A stretch of DNA of 31,461 bases, taken from the NCBI GenBank assembly GCA_043750125.1, contig JAYVCD010000429.1, positions 1 through 31,461 on the forward strand, in the 5' to 3' direction. Positions 8,414-17,605 of this stretch are shown in pieces. Positions within the stretch are counted from its first letter, which is position 1, and every line of letters begins with the position of its first letter. The notes under the pieces are model-generated. The model ran no database searches and was not told the origin of the DNA. It was given only the letters and a program-made list of their open reading frames with translations. The position numbers were made by a program, and so were the translations under genes. The stretch comes from Archangiaceae bacterium. GTDB lineage: Bacteria; Myxococcota; Myxococcia; Myxococcales; Myxococcaceae.

Positions 8414-9928
8414 TCAGCCTTCGTCGACGGGAGGATCTTCTTCGAGCTCCGGCTCTCGGGTCACTGCCGCATGAGCGGGGTCGCTCCATTGCTGCGCGAG
8501 CGTTTCCCACTTTGCGTATTCGCCCAGCTGTTGCGGAAAGCGTTTTGCCACCATCGCCCCCAGCTCGCGATCGAGCACCGGCGGCACCTGCTCGCGCAGC
8601 GCCCGGGCGAATTCCGCCGCTGAACGGAAGCGCTCTGAAGGGTTCTTGGCCATCGCTTTGGACACCAGTTGCCACACCGGCTCACTCATTCCCGCGGGGC
8701 GCTCCACCGGGTCATTGACGATGCTCAACATCGTCAGCGTGTCGTTGCCCTTGTCGAACGCGCGGTGTCCCGCGACCGCTTCGTAGAGAATGAGCCCCAT
8801 CGCAAAGACATCGCTGCGGCGATCGACGCGCTCGGCCGTCGCCTGTTCCGGAGACATGTAGAGCGGCTTGCCCTTCACGATTCCCGGCAGCGTCACGGTG
8901 CGCGAGGTGCGAACTTTGGCGACTCCGAAGTCGAGCACCTTCACCCGGCCATCGAAGCCGACCATCAGGTTGTGCGGGGACAGGTCGCGGTGGACGACCC
9001 CGAGAGGCTTTCCATCGGCGCCGTTGAGATCATGCGCCGCCTGCAGGCCCTCGAGCGCCTGGAGCAGCACGGCCGAGGCGACGTTCGCCTCGAGCTTTCC
9101 GGGCGGGGCGTAGATTAAATGGTCGAAGTCGACCCCGCGCAGCAGCTCCATCGTCATGAAGTAGTTGCCCCCCGCCGCCTGCCCAAAATCGAAGAAGGTG
9201 ACCAGGTTGGGGTGGCTCAACTTCAGGCCCAGCCGCGCTTCGTCGAGGAACTGCTCGACCATCGCGTCTTCCTTCGCCAGGTGCGGAAGAATGCGCTTCA
9301 GCGCGACGAGCCGGAACACGCCCATCGGGCCCACCGTGCGGGCCACCATCACCTGGGCCATTCCTCCACTGCCCAGCGGCGTCACCAGCTCGTACTTCCC
9401 GATTCTTGCCCGGGGACGAAAAGCGGAGCGCTCGGACAGCTCGTCCAGGCGCGCCAGCGGCCCCCCGCCGTCGGTCAACGCGAGGAACGCGAGCACCGCC
9501 GAATCGAGCATCTCGGCGATCGCCTCGACCAGCTCCATCACCTGCTCGCCTCCCTCTTCGAAGCGCCCCGGAAGCAGGAAGCCCAGCGCGCCAAAGTTCA
9601 AGTCCGCCAGCTCGAGCCGGGCGACGAAGAGCGTGTGCTTCGGGTCCACCACCACCGCGCCCTGGGTATACGAATGCTTGCGAACGTCGATGAAGTCCTT
9701 GCCCACCAGGCGGGTGAGCACCGTCTCTTGAGTCCCGCGCAGGGTGACGAAGGCCGCCTTGGCGTGAATCATTCGCACGCACTGGGTGAGGAAGACGTCG
9801 AGCGCGGCGTGAAGCCCCAGATTGCGGGCGAGGCTGTCTTCGAGAATCTCGTCCGCCATCCGCTGAACCGAGACCAGCCCGCGCAAGAAGCGGACTTCCT
9901 CGTCCACGGATTCGAACTTGAGGCTCAC
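8414..9928 (-). CDS. cytoplasmic Hanks-type Ser/Thr protein kinase with N-terminal GAF-like extension
   Basis: LGSGGMAQV, VALKRIL, HRDLSPHN, DFGVAK and YMSPE; about 170-aa N-terminal extra domain; no transmembrane segment; GTG start 2 nt after the dnaK stop. Confidence 0.92.
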   Translation of the reverse strand: MSLKFESVDEEVRFLRGLVSVQRMADEILEDSLARNLGLHAALDVFLTQCVRMIHAKAAFVTLRGTQETVLTRLVGKDFIDVRKHSYTQGAVVVDPKHTLFVARLELADLNFGALGFLLPGRFEEGGEQVMELVEAIAEMLDSAVLAFLALTDGGGPLARLDELSERSAFRPRARIGKYELVTPLGSGGMAQVMVARTVGPMGVFRLVALKRILPHLAKEDAMVEQFLDEARLGLKLSHPNLVTFFDFGQAAGGNYFMTMELLRGVDFDHLIYAPPGKLEANVASAVLLQALEGLQAAHDLNGADGKPLGVVHRDLSPHNLMVGFDGRVKVLDFGVAKVRTSRTVTLPGIVKGKPLYMSPEQATAERVDRRSDVFAMGLILYEAVAGHRAFDKGNDTLTMLSIVNDPVERPAGMSEPVWQLVSKAMAKNPSERFRSAAEFARALREQVPPVLDRELGAMVAKRFPQQLGEYAKWETLAQQWSDPAHAAVTREPELEEDPPVDEG

Positions 9929-9930
9929 CG

Positions 9931-11751
9931 TTACTTCGCGTCCGAGGTGTAGATCGCGTCGGCGATTCGGTACGCGCTGCCTTCGAGCCGGGTGATGGCT
10001 TCTTTGATTTTCAAAGGCTCGTTGGTGGTGAGCACCACCTTCAGGTTCTCGAGGTCGACCTTGATCTCTTCGCGGTCTTTGTCCTTCAGCATCGCCGCGT
10101 ACTCTTCCAGCGATTTTTCGGTGGTGTACATCAGGCCGTCGGCGTTGTTGCGCAGGTCGGCGAGCTCTTTCTTCTTCTTGTCGTCCGAAGAGTTGCTCTG
10201 CGCCTCAGAAATCATTCGTTGAATCTCGACCTCGGTCAGGCCGGAGTTCGAGACGACGCGTACCTGCTGCACCTTTCCGGTCCCGAGATCTTTGGCTCCG
10301 ACGTGAACGATGCCGTTGGCGTCGATGTCGAAGGTCACTTCAATCTGCGGCACGCCTCGGGGCGCAGGAGGAATGCCGACCAGCTCGAACCGCGCGAGGG
10401 TCTTGTTGTCGGCGGCCATGTCGCGCTCGCCTTGAAGGACGTGCACGCTCACCAGCGGCTGGTTGTCGACCGCGGTGCTGAACACCTGCCCCTTCTTGCA
10501 GGGGATGGTGGTGTTCTTGTCGATGATCTTGGTGGAGACGCCGCCCGCGGTCTCGACGCCCAACGAGAGCGGGGTGACATCGAGCAGCAGCACGTCTTTG
10601 ACTTCGCCCTTGAGGACCCCGCCCTGAATCCCGGCGCCGATCGCCACCACTTCGTCGGGGTTGATTCCCTTGTGGGGTTCCCGACCGAAGAATTCCTTCA
10701 CCTTCGCCTGCACCGCCGGCATGCGCGTCATTCCGCCGACGAGCAGCACCTGGTTGATTTGGTTGGTGGCGACGCCTGCGTCTTTGAGCGCCATTCGGCA
10801 CGGCTCGATGGTGCGGTCGATCAAGTCCTTGACCAGCTTCTCGAGGGTGACGCGATCCAGCGTCTCGGTGAGGTGCTTGGGGCCGGTCGCGTCGGCGGTG
10901 ATGAACGGAAGGTTGATTTCGGTCTCGGTGGCGCTCGACAGCTCGTGCTTCGCGCGCTCGGCCGCTTCTTTCAGCCGCTGCAGCGCCATGCGGTCTTTGC
11001 GCAGGTCGAGGTTGTTGCTCTCCTGAAATTTCTGAGCCAGCCAGTCGATGATTCGCTGGTCGAAGTCTTCGCCGCCGAGGAACGTGTCGCCGTTGGTCGA
11101 CTTCACTTCGAAGACCCCGGCGTTCAGCTCGAGAATCGAGATGTCGAACGTGCCGCCGCCCAGGTCGTAGACGGCGACCTTCTCGCCTTTCCCGTCTTTG
11201 TTCTTGTCCAGCCCATAGGCGAGCGCGGCAGCGGTCGGCTCGTTGATGATGCGCAGCACGTTGAGGCCGGCGATTCGGCCCGCGTCTTTGGTCGCTTGCC
11301 GCTGGGCGTCGTTGAAGTACGCGGGGACCGTCACCACCGCCTCGCTCACCGGCTCGCCCAGGTAGTCCTCGGCGGTCTGCTTCATCTTCGCCAGCACGAT
11401 GCTCGCGACTTCCGGAGGGCTGTACTGCTTGCCGCGAATCTCGACCCACGCATCGCCGTTCTGGGCCCCGACGACCCGGAAAGGAGAGATCGCGATCGCC
11501 TTCTTCGCTTCGGGCGAATCGAACCGGCGTCCCATCAAGCGCTTCGTCGCGAACACCGTTGCTTCGGGGTTGGTGACGGCCTGCCGCTTGGCAATCTGAC
11601 CCACCAGGCGCTCGGCCGATTCGGTGAAGGCCACCATCGACGGGGTGGTGCGCGCCCCTTCACTGTTGGGGATCACGACCGGCTCGCCGCCTTCCATCAC
11701 CGCCACGCAGGAGTTGGTGGTGCCCAAATCGATTCCGATGACTTTCGACAT
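9931..11751 (-). CDS. dnaK: molecular chaperone DnaK (Hsp70)
   Basis: [47 protein letters not shown] and [15 protein letters not shown]. Confidence 0.99.
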   Translation of the reverse strand: MSKVIGIDLGTTNSCVAVMEGGEPVVIPNSEGARTTPSMVAFTESAERLVGQIAKRQAVTNPEATVFATKRLMGRRFDSPEAKKAIAISPFRVVGAQNGDAWVEIRGKQYSPPEVASIVLAKMKQTAEDYLGEPVSEAVVTVPAYFNDAQRQATKDAGRIAGLNVLRIINEPTAAALAYGLDKNKDGKGEKVAVYDLGGGTFDISILELNAGVFEVKSTNGDTFLGGEDFDQRIIDWLAQKFQESNNLDLRKDRMALQRLKEAAERAKHELSSATETEINLPFITADATGPKHLTETLDRVTLEKLVKDLIDRTIEPCRMALKDAGVATNQINQVLLVGGMTRMPAVQAKVKEFFGREPHKGINPDEVVAIGAGIQGGVLKGEVKDVLLLDVTPLSLGVETAGGVSTKIIDKNTTIPCKKGQVFSTAVDNQPLVSVHVLQGERDMAADNKTLARFELVGIPPAPRGVPQIEVTFDIDANGIVHVGAKDLGTGKVQQVRVVSNSGLTEVEIQRMISEAQSNSSDDKKKKELADLRNNADGLMYTTEKSLEEYAAMLKDKDREEIKVDLENLKVVLTTNEPLKIKEAITRLEGSAYRIADAIYTSDAK

Positions 11752-11787
11752 ATCCCCCCTGAGTTTCCGCCGTTAACCGGTGTGGCT

Positions 11788-12528
11788 CTAGCTCTTTTTT
11801 TCTTCGTCCGGCGCGGGTGGCGAAGACGGTTCTGCCGGCGGCGTACTTTTCTTCGAAACCATGACCAACGCCGGCCGAATCAGGCGGTCATTGAGGGTGA
11901 AGCCCCGCAGCAGCTCGCTGGCGACGTGGTTGGCGGGCATTTCGTCGGTCTCGACGTGCTGCATCGCTTCGTGGAGGTTGGGGTCGAACGGCTTGCCCTT
12001 GCTCTCGAACGACTTGACTCCGTGTTTGCCCAGCGCGTCTTCGAGCAGCTTGCGGATCATGCTCACGCCCTTCTCGAGGCCGGCGAAGTCTCCGCCGCCT
12101 TTGGAGTGTTCGAGGGCGCGATCGAAGTTGTCGACCACCGGAATCAGGTCTTTGAGCAGCTTCTCGTTGCCGAACCGCTGCAGCTCTTCTTTTTCCTTCT
12201 GGGCGCGCTTTTTGTAGTTCTCGAGGTCGGCGGTCGCCCGCAGCACCTTCTCGTGCTCGTCCTTGATTCGCCCCATTCCGGTCCGGCCGGCGGCCTGGGA
12301 CAGCTCGAGCTCGGCCTTGAGTTCGGCGATCTGTTTGTCTTTTTCGTCGCCCACCGGGACATCGACTTCGAGCTTCACCTCTTCTCCCACCGGCGATTCG
12401 ACGGCCGAGGTACCCGAAGAGGGGGTGGCGGCGGGGGACTCGCCGGTGCGCTTGCGGACGCTTTCCAACGCGGCCTTGATTACTTCGTCACCAATCTCGG
12501 TGGAGAACTTGCCCTTGTCGTCTGACAC
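11788..12528 (-). CDS. grpE: nucleotide exchange factor GrpE
   Basis: [29 protein letters not shown] and [16 protein letters not shown]; directly upstream of dnaK. Confidence 0.96.
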   Translation of the reverse strand: MSDDKGKFSTEIGDEVIKAALESVRKRTGESPAATPSSGTSAVESPVGEEVKLEVDVPVGDEKDKQIAELKAELELSQAAGRTGMGRIKDEHEKVLRATADLENYKKRAQKEKEELQRFGNEKLLKDLIPVVDNFDRALEHSKGGGDFAGLEKGVSMIRKLLEDALGKHGVKSFESKGKPFDPNLHEAMQHVETDEMPANHVASELLRGFTLNDRLIRPALVMVSKKSTPPAEPSSPPAPDEEKKS

Positions 12529-12579
12529 CGCGGCACTATGGCACTTTGGCGAGGGCAGACAACGCCCAAACCTTCAGGC

Positions 12580-13047
12580 CTACTCGCGAGAACTGCCGTT
12601 GGGCGCGGCCGCTTTCCCCAGCGGTTTCTTGGGGGCGGAGGCCTTCTTCGCCGGGACCTTGCGCTTCTTTCCCCCCCTCGATTTTTTGGCCGACCGGGCA
12701 GGGGAATCGGGAGGGGTAGGGTCCGGAACGGATTCGGCCGCGGCGCTCCTCGATGTGGGCTTCTGGCCGACCGCGAAATCGACCACCTTGTCGGTGGCCT
12801 TGTTGATCGCGACCTCGGCCTTCTTCACTCCGGTTTCCATCAGCTCGGCCATCTCTTCGGCCGTCTTGCGCGCCCAGCCGCCGAAGTCCTTCATTCCGGC
12901 TTTGAGCTTCGCCTGGCGCTCGGGGTCCTTCACTTCGGCCAGAAGCTTCTCGGCTTCGGTCTTGATTTCATTGCCGGCCCGCTTGACGTCCTCGCCGGTC
13001 TTTTTCAGAAAAGACTTCAGCTTCTCGTCCCACTGGGTCTGGTTCAT
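12580..13047 (-). CDS. hypothetical protein (coiled-coil N-terminus, Lys/Ala-rich C-terminal tail)
   Basis: GC3-biased ORF filling the gap between grpE and bpt; amphipathic helical N-terminus; KKASAPKK-type tail. Confidence 0.7.
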   Translation of the reverse strand: MNQTQWDEKLKSFLKKTGEDVKRAGNEIKTEAEKLLAEVKDPERQAKLKAGMKDFGGWARKTAEEMAELMETGVKKAEVAINKATDKVVDFAVGQKPTSRSAAAESVPDPTPPDSPARSAKKSRGGKKRKVPAKKASAPKKPLGKAAAPNGSSRE

Positions 13048-13112
13048 GGTGCTTGTCTTAACTTGGTTGGGCCTTTCGCGCGATTTCGATGAGCCTTCAT
13101 TAAGATTGTTTC

Positions 13113-13838
13113 GTGGCTCGAGTTGTCCGTCATTTTGTGGAGGAGGCGCGTCCCTGTGCCTACTTGAGCGACCAAAAGGCTTCGCTCGAATACCGCTTGA
13201 TGGTCAATGTGTCCCCCGACGAGCTGGAAGCGCTGCTTTTGCGCGGGTGGCGCAGGTTTGGTCCGGCGTATTTTCGACCTGCGTGTCGGCCCTGTGGAGA
13301 GTGCGTATCGATTCGCCTCGACGTGAGCGCCTTCGAGGCCTCGCCCAGTCAAAAGCGGGCGCTTCGACGCAGCCGCCGGTTCCGGATCGAGTTGGGGAAG
13401 CCGGGAGTGGATCAGAGCCGGATCGAGCTTCACGCCGCCTGGCATGCGACGCGGGAAGCCAGCCGGGGGTGGGATCCTTCCGGGCTGACGGAAGAAGAGT
13501 ACGCGACGCAGTTCAGCTTTCCATCGTCGACTGGCCGCGAGATGTGTTGGTACGACGGCGACCGGTTGGTGGCGGTGAGCCTGTTGGACATCACTCCGCA
13601 CTGCGTTTCGGCCGCCTACTTTTTCTACCACCCGGACATTGCGCGGCTCTCGCCCGGGGTGGGCAACGTTCTGCGGTGTGCCCAACTGACCAAGGAGCTC
13701 GGAGCCCAGCATCTGTATCTGGGCTACCAGGTCAAAGAGTGCGCGTCGCTTCAGTACAAGGGCTACTTCAAGCCGCACGAGCTGCTCGAGGGGCGACCGG
13801 CGATGTTCGAGCCCCCCATCTGGAATCTGGTGAAGTGA
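13113..13838 (+). CDS. bpt: arginyl-tRNA-protein transferase family (bacterial Asp/Glu leucyltransferase Bpt)
   Basis: PCAYL, LLRGWRRFG..YFRPAC..C..CVSIR, LVAVSLLD, SAAYFFYHPD...LSPG, YLGY.V..C.SL.YK..F.PHE. Confidence 0.92.
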   Translation: MARVVRHFVEEARPCAYLSDQKASLEYRLMVNVSPDELEALLLRGWRRFGPAYFRPACRPCGECVSIRLDVSAFEASPSQKRALRRSRRFRIELGKPGVDQSRIELHAAWHATREASRGWDPSGLTEEEYATQFSFPSSTGREMCWYDGDRLVAVSLLDITPHCVSAAYFFYHPDIARLSPGVGNVLRCAQLTKELGAQHLYLGYQVKECASLQYKGYFKPHELLEGRPAMFEPPIWNLVK

Positions 13839-13841
13839 TGT

Positions 13842-15161
13842 TCAGCGCTTTTGGGATTCCCACGCGAAGAGCGCCGCAGCGAGGACCTGTTTGATCGGAA
13901 TCTGGGCGGCCTGTGCGAGCGCCCGGCAGTCGTCGAACTCAGGGGCGGCGTTGATCACCGCTTCGCCCTGAATTCCAAGCTTGATTCGAACCTTGCCCCA
14001 CGGGGTCGCGACCTCTTCGAAACGTCGGACGAGCACCGTGCGCTCGGCGCGGTGACTGCGAACGCCCAGGGACGTGGATTCCGACAACACGGTCGAAATC
14101 AGCGCGCGGTGACTGGCTTCGGTACTGAGGACGGAAAGCAGGTGGCCGGGGCGGCCTTTCTTCATCGTCGCGGGGACGACCCAGGCGTCGAGCGCTCCTT
14201 GCTTCATCAGGGTGTCGATCAGCGCGCCCAGCAGCTGGGGGGAACAGTCGTCGAGGTTCGCTTCGATCACTTGCACGGAGGTCGCTTCGTCGGCCGAACG
14301 GTGCGCGATGGAAGCGCGCAGGACGTTCGCCCGGTCTGGCCAGTCTTTCGTTCCCACCCCGTAGCCGATGCGCTCGATCGTCGCCGCCGGCAGCGAACCG
14401 ATGCGGGCGAAGGTCTTCAGCAGCGCCGCGCCGGTGGGAGTGGTGAGCTCGCCTTTGCCCTCGAAGAGCACCGGCACGCCGCGGAGGATCTCGAGGGTCG
14501 CCGGAACCGGGACGGGCACCACTCCATGGGCAATGTGAACCGTGCCACTGCCCAGCGGGGGAGGCGTCGAAAAGACTTCTGGATTTCCGAGCAGCTCGAG
14601 CACCACCGCTGCCCCACAGATGTCGATGATCGAGTCGACCGCGCCTACTTCATGGAACGCGATCTTCTCGATCGGAATGTCGTGGACCCTTGATTCCGCA
14701 GCGCCGATCACCGCGAAAATTGCGAGCGCTCGGTCTTTCGCCCCCGCCGGAAGCTGGGAGGCGGTGATCAGCGATCGGATCTCGGACAGCGGTCGGTGGC
14801 CTTGCGGGTGGTGCCCCTGGTTGGTCGCGTGGTCGGCGTTGTGCGCATGCTCGTCGTCATGGTCGTGCGAGTGGCCGTGCGAGTGGTCATGCGCATGTTC
14901 GTGGGCGTGCGCATGTTCGTGGGCGTGCGCATGGTCGTGCGGACTGCTTTTGTCACCCGCGAGGACTACGTCGACGTGTGTGCCGGTGATGCCGTGGCGC
15001 TGGGCTTTCGTCACTTCGAGCTTCCACCCGGGAAGCTTTAGCGTTTCGAGGTGGCGGATCAGCTCGTCGCGGGGCACTCCGAGGTCGAGGGCCGCTGCGA
15101 GGAACATGTCACCGGCCACTCCGCCGGTCGGCTCAAGAAGAAGAATCATTCGTCGGAACAT
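13842..15161 (-). CDS. larC: nickel pincer cofactor biosynthesis nickel insertase LarC
   Basis: GVAGDMFLAAALDLG, His-rich region, FHEVGAVDSIIDI, PVPATLEIL, ELTTPTGAA, EANLDD, MKKGRPG and PEFDDC; start at ATG 15161 or 15149 (the ORF-track extension to 15293 is not credible). Confidence 0.95.
   Translation of the reverse strand: MFRRMILLLEPTGGVAGDMFLAAALDLGVPRDELIRHLETLKLPGWKLEVTKAQRHGITGTHVDVVLAGDKSSPHDHAHAHEHAHAHEHAHDHSHGHSHDHDDEHAHNADHATNQGHHPQGHRPLSEIRSLITASQLPAGAKDRALAIFAVIGAAESRVHDIPIEKIAFHEVGAVDSIIDICGAAVVLELLGNPEVFSTPPPLGSGTVHIAHGVVPVPVPATLEILRGVPVLFEGKGELTTPTGAALLKTFARIGSLPAATIERIGYGVGTKDWPDRANVLRASIAHRSADEATSVQVIEANLDDCSPQLLGALIDTLMKQGALDAWVVPATMKKGRPGHLLSVLSTEASHRALISTVLSESTSLGVRSHRAERTVLVRRFEEVATPWGKVRIKLGIQGEAVINAAPEFDDCRALAQAAQIPIKQVLAAALFAWESQKR
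14890..14933. repeat. 18-bp tandem repeat (about 2.4 copies) in the His-rich tract of larC
   Basis: TGCGCATGTTCGTGGGCG x2 plus TGCGCATG, encoding HAHEHA repeats on the minus strand. Confidence 0.85.
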
Positions 15162-15181
15162 AGGCCCCGGACGCTGAAAGT

Positions 15182-15360
15182 CACCGACGTCGCAACGCCC
15201 TGCGTGCCCTTTCGGAAACGGTCTTCGAGGCCCAGTCGATGTGTTGCAGCATTGAGGGGGAAGGGGCGACGGCCGTTTGCGCATCTGCCCCACCGCGAGA
15301 GGTTCTCGGATCGTCGTGGACTTGAGCTTTTCGGACGGGTGAGCCCCACCAATCTCTTTG
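15182..15360 (+). pseudogene. heavily deleted inverted remnant of an AbiEi/DUF559-like gene
   Basis: Ordered peptide blocks HRRRNALRAL, VFEAQ, RPFAHL, PHRERF and LELFGRVSPTNL parallel HGRKGNGALAAL, SFETR, RPFAHL, PEHR..KRQF and LTAMGWRWVSVTPDL of the adjacent minus-strand gene. Confidence 0.5.
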
Positions 15361-15387
15361 CCTGCGTTCCTGTGGCGACCGGCGACT

Positions 15388-16314
15388 TCAAGGCTTCCTC
15401 TCGCCGAGAAGCTTTCCGATCGCCCGAAGCCAGGTTCCTTCGCCGACCAGGTCGGGAGTGACGCTCACCCACCGCCACCCCATCGCCGTCAGTTTGGCGC
15501 GTTGGACAGCGTCCTTCTCGAACTGGCGCTTCGCCTTGTGGATGCCCACTCCGTCGGCCAGCAGCGCGACCCGGTGTTCAGGCCAGGCGAAGTCCAGGTG
15601 CGCGAACGGGCGATCGGCCTTCTCGAAGACCGGATACTGCGTCGTCGGAGCGGCAATCCGGGCGGCACGAACCGCTCGCAACACGCGGGTCTCGAAGCTG
15701 CTGCCGGTGGCGTTCCCTCCCCGTCGCTTCAGCACCAAAGCCGCGAGCGCTCCGTTGCCCTTTCGTCCGTGGCCTTTCTCTTCGCCCAGAAATTCTGCCA
15801 GCTGCTCGATGAATTCCCGGTTGCCGCGGCCCGCGGAATCGAGCGCGATCTCGAGCGCCTCTTCCTTCACCAGGCCGGCGAGGTCGCTGAGCGTTTGGGT
15901 CAACACCGTGGTCGGGATTCCGTCCTTGATCGTGTGTTTCAGCTTCTCGCGCCGGCGAAAAAATTCGACTCCCTTGAGCTTGAACCGCTTGTCGCGGGGA
16001 GCCGAGATCTGAATCTTGAGCGGAGGACGATCGATGAACCCGTCGAGCTTCCACAGCCACGCTGCGGTCCGATGCGACGCGAACGCCCCGGGGCCGGCGT
16101 GCAAGCAGGCTCCCAATACCTTCTGACACTCCGATTTGGGACTGCCTCGCAGCCGGTAGACGCGCAGGTGTTGCAATTCCCACGAGCCGTTCGCCAGCCG
16201 TCGGTCGATGCCCGATGAGGACAGGCCGGCGTCCAGTGCCTGGGCGCGGCTGATCAGCCCCTGCTGACCGGGAGCCAGGTGCGCGACTTCCTCGTCTGCT
16301 GTTCGCTTCACCAT
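15388..16314 (-). CDS. AbiEi-like N-terminal HTH plus DUF559/Vsr-like nuclease-fold protein
   Basis: QQGLISRAQALDAGLS (AbiEi_4-like), ASHRTAAWLWKL, S.FETR, HLDFAWPEHRVALLADG..IH and D..R..L...GWRWV.VT; AGGAGG RBS before ATG 16314. Confidence 0.8.
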   Translation of the reverse strand: MVKRTADEEVAHLAPGQQGLISRAQALDAGLSSSGIDRRLANGSWELQHLRVYRLRGSPKSECQKVLGACLHAGPGAFASHRTAAWLWKLDGFIDRPPLKIQISAPRDKRFKLKGVEFFRRREKLKHTIKDGIPTTVLTQTLSDLAGLVKEEALEIALDSAGRGNREFIEQLAEFLGEEKGHGRKGNGALAALVLKRRGGNATGSSFETRVLRAVRAARIAAPTTQYPVFEKADRPFAHLDFAWPEHRVALLADGVGIHKAKRQFEKDAVQRAKLTAMGWRWVSVTPDLVGEGTWLRAIGKLLGERKP

Positions 16315-16367
16315 GCTGCCTCCTGAAGGCCAGTGAATCACCACCGATGGTGGAAGACCTCAATTCT

Positions 16368-17123
16368 TCAGCGGCGGCCGCGGGTTCTCGAGACGAGCGC
16401 GGCGTAGAAGCCGGCGCCGAAGCCGTTGTCGATGTTCACCACCGCAACGTTCGACGCGCAGCTGGCCATCATCGCGAGGAGCGCGGTGAACCCATGTTCG
16501 CTGACCCCATACCCGATCGAGGTGGGCACCGCGACGACGGGCACGCCCACCAGGCCCCCGACCGCCGAGGCGAGCGCGCCTTCCATTCCGGCGACGGCCA
16601 CCACGGCATGGGCATCGTCAAACTCGGCTCGGCGCTTGATCAAGCGATGAATCCCCGCAACGCCCACGTCATTGATGCGGGTCACGGTGGCGCCGAAGTT
16701 CTCGGCGGTCACGGCTGCTTCCTCTGCGACCGGAATGTCGGACGTCCCGGCGCAGATCACCGCCACCTTTCCCGCGCGGGGTTTCCGGCCGTTGTGGAGC
16801 GAGAAGATCCGCGCTTGGGCGTGCCACGTTCCTTTCGGAAATCGCTCGAGCAGCACGGCCGCTTTTTCTTCCTGCAGGCGGGTGACCAACACCGACTGCT
16901 TGCGGACCGTGAGCGCCTTGATGATTCCGGCGCATTGCTCGGTGGTCTTCCATTGGCCGAGCACCACTTCGGGAAATCCCAATCGCAGCGCGCGGTGGGT
17001 GTCGACGGTTGCGAAGCCCAGCTCAGCGAACGGGAGGTCTTTGAGCGCACGGACCGCGTCCACCACCTTGACCTCGCCTTTTTTCACGCGCCCCAGCAAC
17101 CGGGTAAGAGTTCGCTCGTCCAT
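16368..17123 (-). CDS. larB: nickel pincer cofactor biosynthesis protein LarB (PurE/NCAIR mutase-like)
   Basis: DTHRALRLGFPEVV, AGTSDIPVAEEA, DVGVAGIHRL, VAGMEGALAS, AVPTSIGYG and VVNIDNGFGA; alternative start 17135. Confidence 0.96.
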   Translation of the reverse strand: MDERTLTRLLGRVKKGEVKVVDAVRALKDLPFAELGFATVDTHRALRLGFPEVVLGQWKTTEQCAGIIKALTVRKQSVLVTRLQEEKAAVLLERFPKGTWHAQARIFSLHNGRKPRAGKVAVICAGTSDIPVAEEAAVTAENFGATVTRINDVGVAGIHRLIKRRAEFDDAHAVVAVAGMEGALASAVGGLVGVPVVAVPTSIGYGVSEHGFTALLAMMASCASNVAVVNIDNGFGAGFYAALVSRTRGRR

Positions 17124-17146
17124 TCGGGTCCTCATAACAGGGCGTC

Positions 17147-17605
17147 TTAAGGAGGACAGAACTCACCTTCGCTGACCCGGGTGCAACGTGCCTGGGGACA
17201 GGCAATGAACGGGGGGAAAGAGCAGGCGCCGACGCACGGGCAGGTCGTCAGGCTGTTGCCGCCGAGCGGACAACACGGGGTGTAGACGGTGGGCCCTTCG
17301 CCCCCCCCTGTTCCGCCGGCCCCTCCGGCTCCGCCCGTGCCTCCATCGGCGCCCCCTGAACCCGCGTCGCTGGGTCCACCGCCGGCGCCCGGACAACCGT
17401 CGTTGCCGTTGAAGCAACGTCCGGCGGCGCAGAGCGTGACGCCCTCGCTGCAGCCTGCGCGCTCGCACAGGCAGGTCGAGACGCGGCCCGAGCTGTCGCA
17501 GCAGACCTGCAGCTTGTTCACCTTGTCGAGGGGGTCGTAGAGCGGATCCAGGCACGACCCCAGGAGCAGCAGAATCGACACCAGCCACAGCCGTTGCGTA
17601 GGCAT
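17147..17605 (-). CDS. small Cys-rich lipoprotein with two repeated Cys modules
   Basis: AAGGAG RBS before ATG 17605; lipobox LLGSC; two CC..TCxC..C..C..RC modules joined by a Gly-rich linker. Confidence 0.72.
   Translation of the reverse strand: MPTQRLWLVSILLLLGSCLDPLYDPLDKVNKLQVCCDSSGRVSTCLCERAGCSEGVTLCAAGRCFNGNDGCPGAGGGPSDAGSGGADGGTGGAGGAGGTGGGEGPTVYTPCCPLGGNSLTTCPCVGACSFPPFIACPQARCTRVSEGEFCPP

Noticed and set aside
10219-12525. Long plus-strand ORFs opposite dnaK/grpE (768 aa), and similar ones opposite or overlapping radA, proS and pilY1
   Set aside because: Antisense or alternate-frame shadows expected in high-GC coding DNA; no recognisable motifs
12530-12560. GGCAC repeats upstream of grpE as possible CIRCE or sigma-54 promoter
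   Set aside because: Matches neither TTAGCACTC-N9-GAGTGCTAA nor GG-N10-GC spacing in the right orientation
15162-15293. N-terminal extension of LarC in the ORF track
   Set aside because: LarC similarity starts at about 15149-15161; the extension overlaps the inverted pseudogene remnant
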